A DNA stretch of 64,000 nt, taken from positions 1,302,001-1,366,000 of the forward strand of contig BQFW01000004.1 in the NCBI GenBank assembly GCA_020891255.1, written 5' to 3'. The notes below the pieces were generated by a model. That model worked only from the letters and a program-made list of their open reading frames with translations. It ran no database searches and was not told where the DNA came from. Below, in pieces: positions 24,491 through 37,833 of the stretch. Origin of the DNA: Entomortierella parvispora E1425 (taxonomy: Eukaryota; Fungi; Mortierellomycota). The first letter of the stretch is position 1, and every line of letters begins with the position of its first letter. Both the position numbers and the translations under genes were made by a program.

Positions 24491-27400
24491 GTGTATGGTG
24501 CCGACTCTTATTCATTCGCTCCCTCCTCTCTTTCTCTCTCAATTTGTTGATCGCTCATTTTGGTTCCCTCTTCTTTTGTTCGGTCGCTTCTTCCTTCCTC
24601 CTTCCTGTCCCTCCTCGCCTTTGCTTTTCCAGCATGGTACGAAGGCAGCCGGCTGAACACGCGGTCACCCAACCTCTCCCACAGCAATGGACGTCCTCCC
24701 ATCTGTGTCGCAAAAAGAAACGACGTTGACAGCGACGATCCGATTCAGAACGCAAATGCAGTGAATAACACTAACGAATGAGTTGAATGAAAACGAAATA
24801 AATGAATACAGCTCTTCTTTTAGAGTATAATGTGCGATATAGAAGTCCTGCTGCGATATGGTATTAGTTCAAACAAGGTCCAAACTGAGCACCCCACGCA
24901 CGCCAAACTCCCAAAACCTGTTTACTAAGGAATAGTTGTGCCAGGCTCACTCCGGGGCCTTTTTTTCTCGCTCTCGCCCCCGCACCTTGCCTCACTTTGC
25001 TTTGCTGCCGCTATCCAGATGGAGACGATCCCTCTCTTTGTTCATGATCTGGTCAAGACCCTTGGTCCGGGGTGACGACGTGGTCGCAGTATTGCATCAC
25101 AGAACGTACATACCAATGCATGCGCGCCCCGGCGTATGTAATACATTTACTGTACTTCCGGAATCCCTCAATCTTCTCTTCTTACCTGTCTTGGTCCTAG
25201 TTGCCTTCACCCTTGCCTTTGGTCCCTTGAATCTCGGGAAGGCTGGTTCACTCATCCAGGAGGAAGAATCGACTGACATTGCTTATCGCTCTCTTTCTCT
25301 TGTATCTTTGGCTCCATGTACAGAATGAGCTCGCAGCAACATCCTGAAATCGATCCCTTGTTTCCTTGTTCCTTGATGTGTTTGACACAGACGAACAATA
25401 TGCACCATCATGCTTGTCATTGCATCGTTGCAGCGATGCATTGTGTAACCCGATCCATCTCGTCCTTGATTCACAGTTGCTCCGTCGCCCACAAACTGGC
25501 CGCTTGTTCCAATGTTTGTGGGCATCAACCGATGTTTTCCTTTCATGCCCTCGTTTGCACGAAAGGGCAAGGAAACAACAAAGCGTCAAGATATTGCCCC
25601 CTTTAAACAAGACGTCTTGTGTTTTGCATGGCTTGACTCACTTTCTCACGTCTCCTCGGTCCGTTTCTTCTGTCCTCTCGTTTCTCGTGCGTGTGCGCGC
25701 TCTTCCCCCCCCCCCCCATGATCCTGTTCAGAGGGAGCAGCACAATAGGCGGTGCACTGCAGTTCATGACCCCAATAAACAACAGTTGGAACGTAAGCAA
25801 TGGCCCTGCCTACCATTGGCACACGTACTCCACCTTCTGGGATTCCAGGATTCCATGTTTGCACAAGCAAAGTGAATGAGTTTTCTCTAGAGAGTCGATC
25901 GGGAGAGGTGGGCTGCTGTAGTCGACCAATTGAACGATCCTTTGGTGCTGTGCACAGCACCTCTCGCATTCACAGGCTGAGGTTGTGTTCGAGATTGCTA
26001 CGGCTGCTCGTCGCACAACGTCTCCTTTTTCTTTTGTCAGCAAATGCAACGGATGTCCTTCTGGTTACAAAAGCATGCACGGCCAGAGCACAAAGATACA
26101 GATCACCTCCTTTTTGTGTTTTTGGATGACAGGTCGCTTTTGGACTGTTGGACATTTTTGATGACGAAGGCGGGAAATCAATGCACACCCTCTTACTCGC
26201 GCTGCGTCCAGCTCGATGACGGGAGGGGAAACACAGCAGCCGAATCGCTTAGTTGTGCATTTACAGTCTTGCGAGCAAGGGAGAAAAGAAATGAGAGATA
26301 GAGATTGAGAGAAACGAGAGCAAGCTCAGATGGGAAAGTAAAACAGAGCCGTTTCCAAGGATTTGTAAGAACCAAGGTCCAAGGAACGTTGCAAGACTTC
26401 AAACATTCCTCCGTTTGGTAGAAAAAAAAGCTCCTTAGGCTATGAACACCCGAGACGACAGCTCCTCCTTACGCTCGAGAAACAGCCCTTTTTCGCTGTG
26501 TCTCTGTCTCTCTCTCTCTTTTTTGAAATCCAATGACCACCTCCTTTGCTTGCTTGATAAGCAGCAGTATCCGCAAACAAAGATCAAGGAAGACAACAGG
26601 GATGATGCCAATTGCCTCGAGGAGTCTGATTTCCTCAGGATCTGGGCCTTTTCTCATGTGCCTGTCATGTACACAGCAGTATTTCGGCTACGCTTTCTCT
26701 TACCAAGCAAACATGGACATAAGGAGGAGGAGAAAGAGAGGGGGGGGGGGGGAGAGGGAGGCTACTGTCCCTTGCTCTTGTTTTCGGTGCAAACTGTAGC
26801 TGTCAAGAAGAGACAAAAATACCGAGAGGGTGCTCAAGTGGGCGAGGATTCGGCACGATGAGCTCAGTTGAGGCCTGTCTGCTGATTGAGCTCAAGCGGA
26901 CAAAAAAGACCAAGTTCCTTTTTTCTCTATTTCATGCAAAACCACAGCAAAGAACACCCCTTCTTGCAGGAGCAACCACACCCACACACCATCTCCCTCC
27001 AATGGCAAAGACAACAGATGCGCGCGGCGTCAAGCGATGCACCCACCAAAAATATTTCATTTTTTTTTTTGCTCTCTCAATAAAGAGTAGACTGGAAGGG
27101 ATCGAAAAAAAAGCTCTCGATCGGCTTGCTCGTTCGAAAGAAAAAAAAAGTCAAAGATGGAAAGAATGCAGTGACCCAGCCCTCGAAAATGGCAAGGCCC
27201 GATTGCTCGCACGCAAAAAGTGCCTGGATGCACGCCCTGCACTGCTTTTTGTGTTGGAAAGTGGAACTCAAAGCGTTCGTTCGATTCGGGTGCCTCTTTG
27301 GAGCGGGTTTCTTTCCGCGTGTTTGTTTGTTATTTTTGTTCTTTCCCCGACAACACAGGGCGGCGGTCGAGATGCTCTAGACGACCGCAGGCTGGAGGAA

Positions 27401-28184
27401 CCAGCGAGATAAAAGAGATGATAGAGTTGACGAGGAGAGGTGGCACAACACAGGATGCCCTGCGCCCAGTACAGCAATAGTTTTTTTTTTTTTGTTCCTT
27501 TTTGTCTTTCTTTTTTTCTCCTCGAATATTTGCTCAGATAAATATCATTTCCGCCCCACGTTTGGGTGGTGCTGTCGACATCTTCAGGCCATTTTCTGCT
27601 GAGGCGAGCGAGATGGGAACACAAACGAACGCCAAGAGGATAATTGAGCATTCACCACGTTGTGCATGGCGTGAATACCTCGTTTTTTTAATTCTTTTTG
27701 CGCTGTTCCCCTGTCCGACTGCATCTGTTCTGGTCCACCGCATGACCACGCTCTCTGTGTGACCACGGGAATGCGAAGGAGGGGAGCGAGAGCCCTTCTG
27801 TGCATTATTGGACTTGACTTCGTTCACTTTTCTCCATGTCGTCCTTGGGAGCTTGGCGCTGTTTTTGTTTATGTTTGCCATCTTTCTTGTGTCCAGTCTT
27901 CGCCCCCATCTCTTCATCTCCTCTCCCTCCCCCCGTTGCCTGTCACACACCCAGTCGGGCGATGTCTTTTGTTGATTGCATCTTTTCTTTCATTTTCCAT
28001 CTCTTGTCCTTCTCTTGTGACATACACTGACCATTATAGATAACCTCAGCCAACAGAACAGAAACATTTTTTTTAGAAAATGGAAAAGTTCTTTCTAATC
28101 GTCATAATTATCCCCGTCCTCTACGCTAAAAGCGGGGCTTTCCACACTTTTTCGCGGACGACTCTTAGAATATTGTTTATTGTC

Positions 28185-30587
28185 TCAGGCCATTGTAGCC
28201 ATCCTCGTTTGAGGCCGATTCAACGCCTGCTGCTGCTGCTGCTGCTGACTGTGTCCAGGCAAGGATGGTGTTTGAGGAGGACTGACTACGACAATGTCAA
28301 AGAGCTCATCCTTCATTGCCGATTTGGATCGAATCTTTCGAAGGAGTCCAGCCCTCTTTCCTGTGGTTGTCCAGGACGATATCATAGTCGGTGATGATGA
28401 AGTTGTCAGTGAAGGAGAATCCACCATGGTCGCGTTGGTCGATGTTGAGGAAGTGATGGAAGCTAGAGACGGAGAATGGGCATGGAGTGTGGCTGCGCTT
28501 GATCCATGACCAACACCCTTGTTCATTTGGAAATTACTTGTCATTAGAGGTGAGGAGACCGGGGTGGGTAACTGAGAGGATGGCATCTGAGCGAGTCCAC
28601 TTTGAGTCGATGAAGATGTCCCAGAGGACGAGGAGGAAGAGAGCGAGATCTTGTCAATTGACGGTCGGGGTGCGGGTGGTAGGTCACCCTTGCGACCCGC
28701 GACGCCTGAGCCTGGGTTGGTTGGATGGTTATGAAATACGGAGCGCTGACTGACAGGAGGCTGCTGTTGTAGATCCTGTTCTGACTGGGAGTGTTCCAGA
28801 CCTGGCCGCTGCTGTCCCTGACGTATTTCTGTCTGAGCTTTTTGTTGTTCTCTCATTAGTTGCAGTTGTAGTTGGTGCTGATAGTGATTGCCTTGACGTC
28901 CGCTTTCAAAACTCATTGTCCTTCTGTTTCCGCCTTGTTGGATGCCTGGTCCAAATCGGTTTTGAAGAACATCGCGTTCAATTCCTGAACGACCCGTCGA
29001 GCTAATACCAAGAGATATAGGCCCAGAAATTGACACATTCCTTTGTAGCCCTGAACTGCCACCGAATATTCCGGTCATGACGGAACTGCGCTTCTCGGAT
29101 CGAGGGGGTATTACTGGCAAGTTCAAGCTGGAGTGGGCATATCTCGCATCGGATAGCGAGCCCTTAATGGCAGCTGCGGCAATGTCAGGAAAGGAGGCAG
29201 CGCTTGGATACACGATCATGCTGTTCGTCCGAGAAATCGCATCCGTCGAGGAGCATCGCCGAACATGCATGCCCTCCCGATGATGCGCAAAGAGGGCCGA
29301 GGGCAAAACCTTCCCAAGTGCGGCATCCTCATCTGAATTCGTTGTCGAGATCCCCGCAGGTTCGTCGCATTGATCGTATCCTGTAGACTTGAGGATAGGT
29401 CCATCCATGTATCCGTCACTTGGGGTCTTCTTTTTGGTTCTAAGAACCACTTTCGGAAGTTCTTCCACTACTGTCTCCTCATCCTCGGCATCTTCCTGGG
29501 GATCGTAATCGCTCGTTGGTTGGTCGGCAGTAGAGTCGTCCAAGTCGCTAGAGGTATCTACGTGTTCAAACGCTAAGGGAGAGCTTCGAGAACCACTGTA
29601 GCGGTAGCGACTGTGATGGTGGCTCACGTATGAATGATGGTCGAATGTTAAGGCGAGGTCGTTTTCCATTGATTGCCGTCGCAGATCTTCTTCTTGTTGC
29701 TGCCGTTGTAACTGCTGCAGTTGCTCCTGCTCAAAGATCCGTTGCTCCACTTTGGCGATAGCTCCGTCGACAATTAACATTGAAAGCCTCGGTTGCCGCG
29801 GCTGTAGGGTGGAGGATGCGAATGGAGAGGGTATTGAGGGGTCATGATCAGGGCTTCCTTGTTCCTTTTCATAGTCGTCATCCTCAATGCCATTGTTGTT
29901 TTTATCATTGTCTAAAAGGTGTTCAACCCGATGCTGTTGATCCTCTTCTGACCGTGGGGTTTCTTGAGCCTCTGTAGGACAACTCTGTTGTTGTTGTTGT
30001 TGTTGCTGCCTAAAGTGAAGTAGCAATCTGTGTTGCTCTTGTTGATGGCTTTCCTGCTCAAACCGCCTTAGTAGCCTCCGCTCAAGATGCCCCATTCTTG
30101 ATACTGTTCCCAGAATCTTTTGTCGCATATCAATACAGACAATATCGTTCATCATGCTCTTGTAGTGTGCTTGTGCGGGGATAATCTTGGTTACGATCCT
30201 GAAGAAAAGTTGGAAAGGTTCGAGTAAGTGACTATACAACGATGGAGAGCCTCATGCATGTCCCCATCGACCTACAGGCATGCCCGCACATAAGAAATGT
30301 AAGCGTTCTCATCGTCTTTGCTGGATTCTGCCATACTTCCCTAAGATTTGCAGTAAGGAGTGTCAGCGACGAGTTTCAGAATTTAGCGCGCGTGTGTGTG
30401 TGCCTGAATCGTAACCACTTTTTTTTTTTTTTTTTTTTTTTTTTACCTGCTTGACAAGCAGGCTCGCCATGTTGACCCAAGTCTTGATGGAGTGGTTGAA
30501 CTCTTCTGAAGCAAAGTCAGCGCTGTTCTTGAGCTCGTGAAGCCTCGTTTTGGGAGGTGGCAACGTTGGCGTGCTGTCGATATCCAT
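28185..30587 (-). CDS. USP8-dimerisation (MIT-like) domain protein with a long disordered Q/S-rich tail
   Basis: Spliced N-terminus ...WVNMASLLVKQ|GSMAESSKDDENAYISYVRACL|IVTKIIPAQAHYKSMM matches the USP8_dimer/AMSH N-terminal pattern (E.AYi.y.R....i..H..Y). No catalytic domain follows. Confidence 0.7.
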
Positions 30588-32095
30588 TTCCCTTGAAATT
30601 CTTTTTTTGGATCACTCGTGTGTATTTCTGCAAGGATGATCGGTCGCAAACAGGAGGCCCTAATGAAAGAAATGACAGGTTAGAAACAAAACAAGACTCA
30701 TGTAAACAAAAAGGGTCCAGCAACAGTGTTTCTATGCCGGCTCCCCCGCCGTGTCTCCTTTCTTTCATGGCTAGTTAGTTTCTTTCTCTCATCTTCTCCT
30801 TTTTCTTCTTTCCCCTGCACCTTGACGGTTGGGAAATAGGAGGTAAGAGGGAGAGTAGATTTGTGACAGCGAAGGTGGTCTGTCTGCATGCTGCCAATGA
30901 AGTGTATCGTGGTGAGAAAAAGAGAGAGGGAGGGAGAGGAGAGAGATAGAGAGATAGAGAGATAGAAGCAGCGCGCGAGATGGGATTAAAGGGGGCAGGG
31001 ACAGCAATGATGCCTGTCTGCTTACATCAAGACCACAGAGATGGATGGGTGTCTTTTTTTTTGACAATCTCTTTTTGACTTTTGACTTTCTTCTTTTTCT
31101 TTTTTTTTGTTACCGTTCTTCTCTCCCGCCCTTCACGAGTCTGTCCAGGCGGGACAGCGCAACCTTCAATTAACTGTACTCCGCACAGACACAGACACAA
31201 TCATTGCGCCCACAGCTCCTTCCCAAACGGTCCCCCTCGCCCTCTAGTGGCATGGATGGTGGTGCATCAGGAGCTGACAAGTCAAAGGTAGCAAACGTTG
31301 CCCTTCATCCAACGGCAACGAGGTCGTACGAAACAGCCGTTCATTAAAGAGCAGTGAGGAGATGCAAGGATGGCATGGAAAAACCGTGTGTTCTCCCCAT
31401 TTCGCGTGCAGAGTAGCCGAAGATTCGAGGAGACGATGACACCAAAGAGTAGAGATTGGGAAGTGGTACACTAATGCTGGAATTGGAGCTACCTGGAGGA
31501 CTAACAGACGTAAGAAAAGATGTGGCGAAGAGGCTGTGGGAATCGAGTTTGGGGACAGAGGAAGAAGAGAGGGAGAGAAGGAAGTAGAAGGCTGAGAAGG
31601 CGCGGATGCACGGTTGAAAGTTGAGAGGCGGGGTAAGACAGGACAAGACAGGGCGCAATGAGCGATGAGAAGACAGAAAGTGAGATTATGCGAATATGGT
31701 GAATATGTCTGGGGTTGAGGAAAGGAAGAGGCGACCCTTTTTTTCTTTACTCCTGTCCAGTCTTTTGGATAAGGCGAACCAGCCGAGATCAGTCTCGACG
31801 CCAATTGTTTGTTTTCGTCAAGATGAAGATTGCTTGTGTCCACGACGCTCACCTTCACTTTGGTTTTTTTGGGTTTCTTGAGCTCGTTGAGGCTTCGCTT
31901 TGTGTCCGATCGATTGAGCTGTCAACTTCACTTGTAGATTGCAAACAGCCGGAACAGGGTGAACAAGAGAGAGCGGGGGTGCAAGCGCGACTACGAGCGA
32001 CTAGGAGTCAGAGAAAACGTGAGTGTGGCGAAGAAGTCGGGGTGAGGAAGGTAGAGAGATGAGATGGTCATGGATGGCTGGAGAGAAGACTGTGG

Positions 32096-32097
<2 letters not shown>

Positions 32098-32132
<35 letters not shown>
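32098..32132. repeat. (GA)n microsatellite
   Basis: About 17 perfect GA units. Confidence 0.95.
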
Positions 32133-32140
<8 letters not shown>

Positions 32141-32939
32141 GGAGAGGAGAGCAGAGAGACAAAAAAAAAAAGGACAGAAGGGTGAAGTGGAAGAAAGGAA
32201 CGGGGGAGAGCACACGGACACAAACGCACTCAAGGAGCGGTCGAACAAGGCGGATTTTCTTTCACTCCCTCTTCCCGCTCGTCGCTAACAGAACGAAGCG
32301 CCCGACCGTCCTTCGCGTGCACAGTTCTGTTCATTTACTCCCGACATCTTGATACTTCGAACGCATGGGGGAGAGTCATGGTGCATTGGAGCCGACTAGA
32401 GCTCGTCGTTTGTCAGTCCGAACAAACATACAATAATGAAACGAGGACCTCTTGATGCATCAACCGCTGAGCTGAGCCAGGGGAACTGCAGAACGGAAAG
32501 AAATCAACAGCCTCCAAGAGCGCTCTTTTTGTGACGGACGCTCACTGCAGCTCAAGATTCGTTCCTGAAGGCGTTCACCTCCGAGATATCCAACGCCGCA
32601 TTAATATTTCTCTCTTTTCTTGATGATAGGCTGTTTCCCTATCTTCGCTCTGTCTCTCCTCAACCTTCCTGTGATGACATATGGACTTCCGGAGCATCGA
32701 TTCCAGATCCTTAGCTGGGGTCTCAAATTAAGGAGAGAAGCAGTAATCAAATAAACAAAGAAAAAATGACAAAGCCCCCAACCCAAGATGCTGATGAGGA
32801 CTGTTGTCTGTGCCACGTTTGAGAAATTACTGCTCCAGGGGTCCAGCAGCCGTGCAACGTATTGTATACAAGAGATGGTATTGGTTTCGTTTTATCTAGT
32901 GAAGGATGTTTGGGTGTTTTCAAATGGCCAATTTTCGCA

Positions 32940-34176
32940 CTATCCGCGTCCCCGACCACGGCCACCACGGCCGCCGCGACCCCCTCGTCCGCCCCGACCA
33001 CCACGCTCTTCACGTCCACCTGGCGGCCTACTTCCGCGCATTCTATCTTGAGTTGCTGTAATCTTGCGCTGAACCTTTCCTTCGTAGCCTAGAAGTAAGG
33101 AAGTTTGGTCAGAGAACGAGTTGGGGCTTTCCTGCATTGTTTAGTGGAAGCGACTAACGCAGAAAATGGGTCACTTACGGAACTTCTTCTTCTTTTCTTT
33201 GGCTGGCCACAATTTCTTTGCTCCTTTCGCGGTAGTTGCGGACGATGAACCAAGCTTCTGCTTTTTCTTATCCCTTGAATCATCCTCATCGTCCTCCTCA
33301 TCCTCGTTCTCGTCTTCGCCATTCTTTCCGTTTGCCTTCTTGTTGCCCTTTTCCATAGCCGCAGTGTTGTTTTTAGGCATTCCAAAAGTGCCATCGTCCT
33401 GGTCCATGTCTTCGATCACAGTAACAGTCGTCAACGAGGTCTGGGTTTTGAACTTTGCTTGCTTTGGCTCTTTGGTCTTTTTCTCGCCATCCTCATCTCC
33501 TGAAAACACTGTGTCATCCTCATCCTCATCACTGAGCGCCTCTCCATACTTGATCTTTAGTTCTACAGAATAAAAAAGGCAAGAGCTGGCATGTTGAACA
33601 TCCACATCCACCATATATCGATCAACATTTTTGGGTGTGGTCCAAGGTGGAGTCAATACGTACGTCTCCTGTACTTTTCGTACTCCTGCACCTTTTCCTC
33701 CTGCATCTCTTTCCTGGCGGCTCTTGCCTAAGATGATAGAGAATATGATGGCGACATCAGCATTGGATGGCCCCAGTAAAGTTTTCAAAAAGTGGGTATC
33801 TTCCCCAGTGTTGAACGTGTCATTTCATTCAAAGCCCAAAGAGGGATCAAGTACCTCCTTGCGAGCTTCCAGCTTCTCCTCATGTTCCCTTTGTTTCGCC
33901 AATTCACGGGCGACATTTTGACGGTGGACCTTGCGCTTATGGAATCCAGTCAGATACTCCCTAGATCATCAAAATGGAGTACGCGATAATGTCAGCAAGG
34001 AAGGTTGTCATCAAGGCTAAGAGTGACAGGAGTCACAGTGTGTGCTCAGTGGACGGTCCCCGACTTTACTTTCTGGCATCGGGATCAAAGGTAAGCTCAG
34101 CCAACTGCTCCTGCTTGGCTTTGCGCTTCTTGGCATAGACCTCTGCTCCGCTGGACAAGACTTGGGCGTTGCTCAT
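32940..34176 (-). CDS. RRP17: Ribosomal RNA-processing protein 17 (Nop25 family) with a C-terminal RGG tail; multi-exon
   Basis: LTFDPDARK..YLTGFHKRKVHRQ, acidic middle, KKKKFRYEGK..R, RGG repeats before the TAG at 32940. Confidence 0.9.
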
Positions 34177-34794
34177 GGTGGTTGTGAGGGGATGTTAGCT
34201 GATGGGTCCTGAATGGGATGGATGCACTCTCGTGTAGACAGAAGAGGGTTTCTGATGACAGTGAGTCCGGGTCAGGTCTGATGGAGCAAAGAATGAATGC
34301 GGTGGTCCGTCGTTGCTTTTGCTGTCCACGAGTCTACAGGGAAGGGACCTTGGCTGACAGGAGAAAAAAAGAAAAAAGGGCAAGGCATGTTGTGATGTGG
34401 CTTGGGCAGCGGGACTGTTCTTGCTTCACTTTCATACATTCAAATTATTGCACGGCAGGCAGGGACGGAATCTGGGCGAAAGAACCCCCCTGGGCGCACT
34501 CACCCGCAGAGTCCATCGGACTGTGCCAGCAGGACAGGGGCCAGCGGGAACACAAGCTGTGGACCAGTGGAGTCCAGTCCAGTCCAGTCCAGATGCAGGT
34601 GCTGAGCCAATTTGCTCGCTGGGTGCTCACCGTCTTTAGCCTGCTTGTCCCTGGGTATGGCTGAAGGCACATCGCTCCCGCCTCCGTCTCCGTCTCTTCT
34701 CTCTTCTCTCTACTTCTCCTTCCTCTCTCTTCGCTCTGTCTCGTCCTCATTCGCACCCATTCATTCGTCCGCCAGTCCTTCATTCGCCCTAGCA

Positions 34795-36476
34795 ATGTCT
34801 GGTCTCATCCTCAACTGCCTGCTACCCTTTGTCCGCCCTCCTCGCACCGTCTCGGTTCAGGAGGCCCAGAGCTTGTCGCTGAACGACTACCTTGATGCGG
34901 CAAGTTACTACCTTCCTTCATGCACTCTCCTCATCTCCACTCACCTAGGATACACTATGAGGAAGCAGTGCGTGCCACACAACACAGCCATTCCAGTGCA
35001 GACCTTGCCACAAAAACACAGCCCTGCTTGCTAGCCTCCTGCTTTCCCTGTTTCCTGTTTTTCCTCTCATACATGCCAAACCCCTATCGGCCAGGTCCAC
35101 CCGCCCGTTGGAACCTTTTTCCGTCAGAGAGGGGGCATGGTTGCATGATTCGCAGTTCTTGGCCATCAGGCACACACTTGGATTGCAATACCTTTAGCCC
35201 AACAGGATTGAAAAACTAACAACCTCTCCTCCCTCTTCCTATCCTTGTTTCCCCAACCTTGCTCGTTCTCCTCGACCATCGCCTCTGGCCCTGCTATCCC
35301 TCTTCGGTTACCTCCTTGAACGACAATCGCGCCATGGAATTCTCATACTCTGCTATCACTCGGGAACATCTTTCCGTTGAAACTACACAGACCTTCAACT
35401 CTGCCCCTTCTATTGTGCAAGACCAGGACACCCGCCAGGGTTTGGTTGGTATTTACGAAAACCACGCCAAGAAGAGTGGTTCTGGCCCCTCCATTCAGCA
35501 GTTGTTCAATGCTGCACGCGCTGCCTGCGCTGTCGATCATGACAAGGATGTGGTAAATAGACGACCTGGGAACGTTCCTCTCCTGCGGTCCAGACACCCG
35601 CAGCTTGAACGGAATCACTGACACAATCTTTGGTTTAGATTACTTGGCTTGAAACATTGCTCAACGCTTCCGGAAATAACGCTTCAGGTCACCAGCCCAA
35701 TGGCAACCACACCACTGGACCCCTCACCCCTCCTGTCTCGCCCCCAACTCATCACAACAACAACGGCGGTGTGGACCAGTCCGCTGTCTTCGTGAACCCC
35801 ATCTTCTTCCCATCAGAACAGAGCTTCCATCAACTGGTCAAGACCCTGGACGGCGCCAAAAAGACTCTTGACATTTGTGTGTACACCATCACCGACGACC
35901 ACTTGGCCAGTGCTATCATCAGGGTAAGATATAAAACCGGATCATAGAACAAAAATGTAAATACTGAGGACTCCTCACTTTGATGCTACCTAGGCACACG
36001 ATCGCGGCGTTAAAGTCCGAATTATCTCTGATAACGAAAAGGTAACAAATCCATCGTTTGGTTCTCTCTGGTAGAGTTTGCATAATGTTTCTTCAGTCTA
36101 ACGCACGTTTTGCTACTCTCCAACTTCGCTTTGCTAGGCTGGAGATCTTGGATCAGACGTTAACCGCCTTCGCGATGACGAAAACATTCCTTCGCGTGTT
36201 GACAAGTCGTAAGTGGATTAGCAAGCACTTTTCTTGTCATGATCAAGTGGTGATTTTTGTTATTGATTTTATTTTCATACATTTTTTCCAATTAGAACTT
36301 CGTACATGCATCACAAGTTTGCTATTATTGATGATGCTTTGGTAATCAACGGCTCATACAACTGGACAAAGGGTGCCCGTTTTGAAAATCGGGAGAATTT
36401 GACCCTCACCAACTATCCCAAGGCGGTCCAGGGATTCAAGGGCGAGTTTGAGCGTCTCTGGGCTGAGTTTGCTTAG
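34795..36476 (+). CDS. Single-HKD phospholipase D/nuclease, PLD6/Zucchini (mitochondrial cardiolipin hydrolase)-like; multi-exon
   Basis: FFPSEQS...AKKTLDICVYTITDD.LASAIIR|AHDRGVKVRIISDNE...YMHHKFAIIDD...NGSYNWT.GARFENREN...FERLW. Confidence 0.88.
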
Positions 36477-36496
36477 AGAGACCTTGTTTTTAATAA

Positions 36497-37396
36497 TTAA
36501 TATTCAGTACTGGCGATGGACGACTTCCAGTTCCTAGCACGCTCAAATCCATTGGTACTTGATTGATAGTCCACGAATGTGTTGTAGATTTCCTCCTCGG
36601 AGTTCATGACAAATGGGCCATGCTGCACAATTGGCTCTCGAAGAGGTTCACCAGCAATCAGAACAAAGTGTGCACCTTCGTCCTTGGTCGAGATCTTGAC
36701 AGTCTCTGCGCCGTCTTCTGAGAATGTGAGGGTATGATGTGCCTCACCTTTGAAGGCGTTGTCACCGACAAAGATTGTTCCCTCAAGTGTGTAAATGAAC
36801 CCCCTGAAAGACGCAGGGACGGTCTGGACAACAGTCTTGTTCTCGTCCATCTTGATGTCCAGGTACATGGTTGGTGTGCGGGTGTAGACTTGACTCGAGA
36901 CACCGTGCGACTCTCCAGCAATGACCTTGATCTCAACACCTTCTTCGGGTCGTGCCCTCTTGACTTCTTTGTCGAGTAGTTCTTGGTATCGAGGCTCACA
37001 CATCTTATGCTTCTTTGGCAAGTTAATCCAGAGCTGGAGACCATGAGCCTGAACATTGGACTTGACAGGCATCTCTGAGTGAACAATTCCACGCCCGGCT
37101 GTCATCCATTGAAGGTCGCCGGGTCCTATTATGCCCTTATGGCCCGCAAAATCCTCATGTTGACTCTGGCCCTTGAGCATATAGGTCACGGTCTCAAAGC
37201 CACGATGGGGGTGATCAGGAAAACCCCCGCCATCGCCGACACTGATGAATTCGTCCAGCATCAGGAAGGGGTCGTAGTTTCGAAGTTCAGGGCGACCAAT
37301 TGACCGGCGGACCCGCGCTCCTTTCCCTTCGGCTTGTTCACGAGAGAGCACATCTTGAGTAATAGATCTGGAGGCTGCGACCATTCTCTTGAGCAT
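36497..37396 (-). CDS. Pirin (copy 1), intronless
   Basis: GARVRRSIG...DPFLMLDEF...GFPDHPHRGFETVTY...LQWMTAGRGIVHSEMP...VQHGPFVMN. Confidence 0.95.
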   Translation of the reverse strand: MLKRMVAASRSITQDVLSREQAEGKGARVRRSIGRPELRNYDPFLMLDEFISVGDGGGFPDHPHRGFETVTYMLKGQSQHEDFAGHKGIIGPGDLQWMTAGRGIVHSEMPVKSNVQAHGLQLWINLPKKHKMCEPRYQELLDKEVKRARPEEGVEIKVIAGESHGVSSQVYTRTPTMYLDIKMDENKTVVQTVPASFRGFIYTLEGTIFVGDNAFKGEAHHTLTFSEDGAETVKISTKDEGAHFVLIAGEPLREPIVQHGPFVMNSEEEIYNTFVDYQSSTNGFERARNWKSSIASTEY

Positions 37397-37833
37397 ATGG
37401 GGGCTGGAGGGGGTTGGAGGGGTGCTGATATAATGGAGAGTTGGAATGTTGACAGGTTGATGAGGAAAGAGGCGCTCCCGCCCTGGCACTTCCGTGCGTC
37501 AAAGCAAGGGTCCTTCGAAACCTTTTTACCAATGGTTGCTGATTCACAAAAAAAAAAGCCACATATGCAACTGGTGGCTTGTGATCGCGTTGTTGGGCTG
37601 CTAAAAACCAAAACGCGACCAACTGCGACAGTGGGAGCGTCGAAACCGCCCCGACCAGTGCGCAGGATGGGCAGTCCAACCCGTTGGGGTGTTTGTTGAT
37701 TCTTTGTCTCCTCTCGCCCCAGCTTTCTGGAATCCTTCGTAAAGGCCTATACCCTCTTATCTTCTTAACTACAAATCACCTCCCTCCACTGCCATCACCT
37801 TAACATCCACACTATCTCTATAAGCAAAGAGAA

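Noticed and set aside
24560-28043. Numerous 60-180-aa ORFs in the gene-free interval
   Set aside because: Low-complexity or homopolymer-derived translations, overlapping on both strands, with no motifs.
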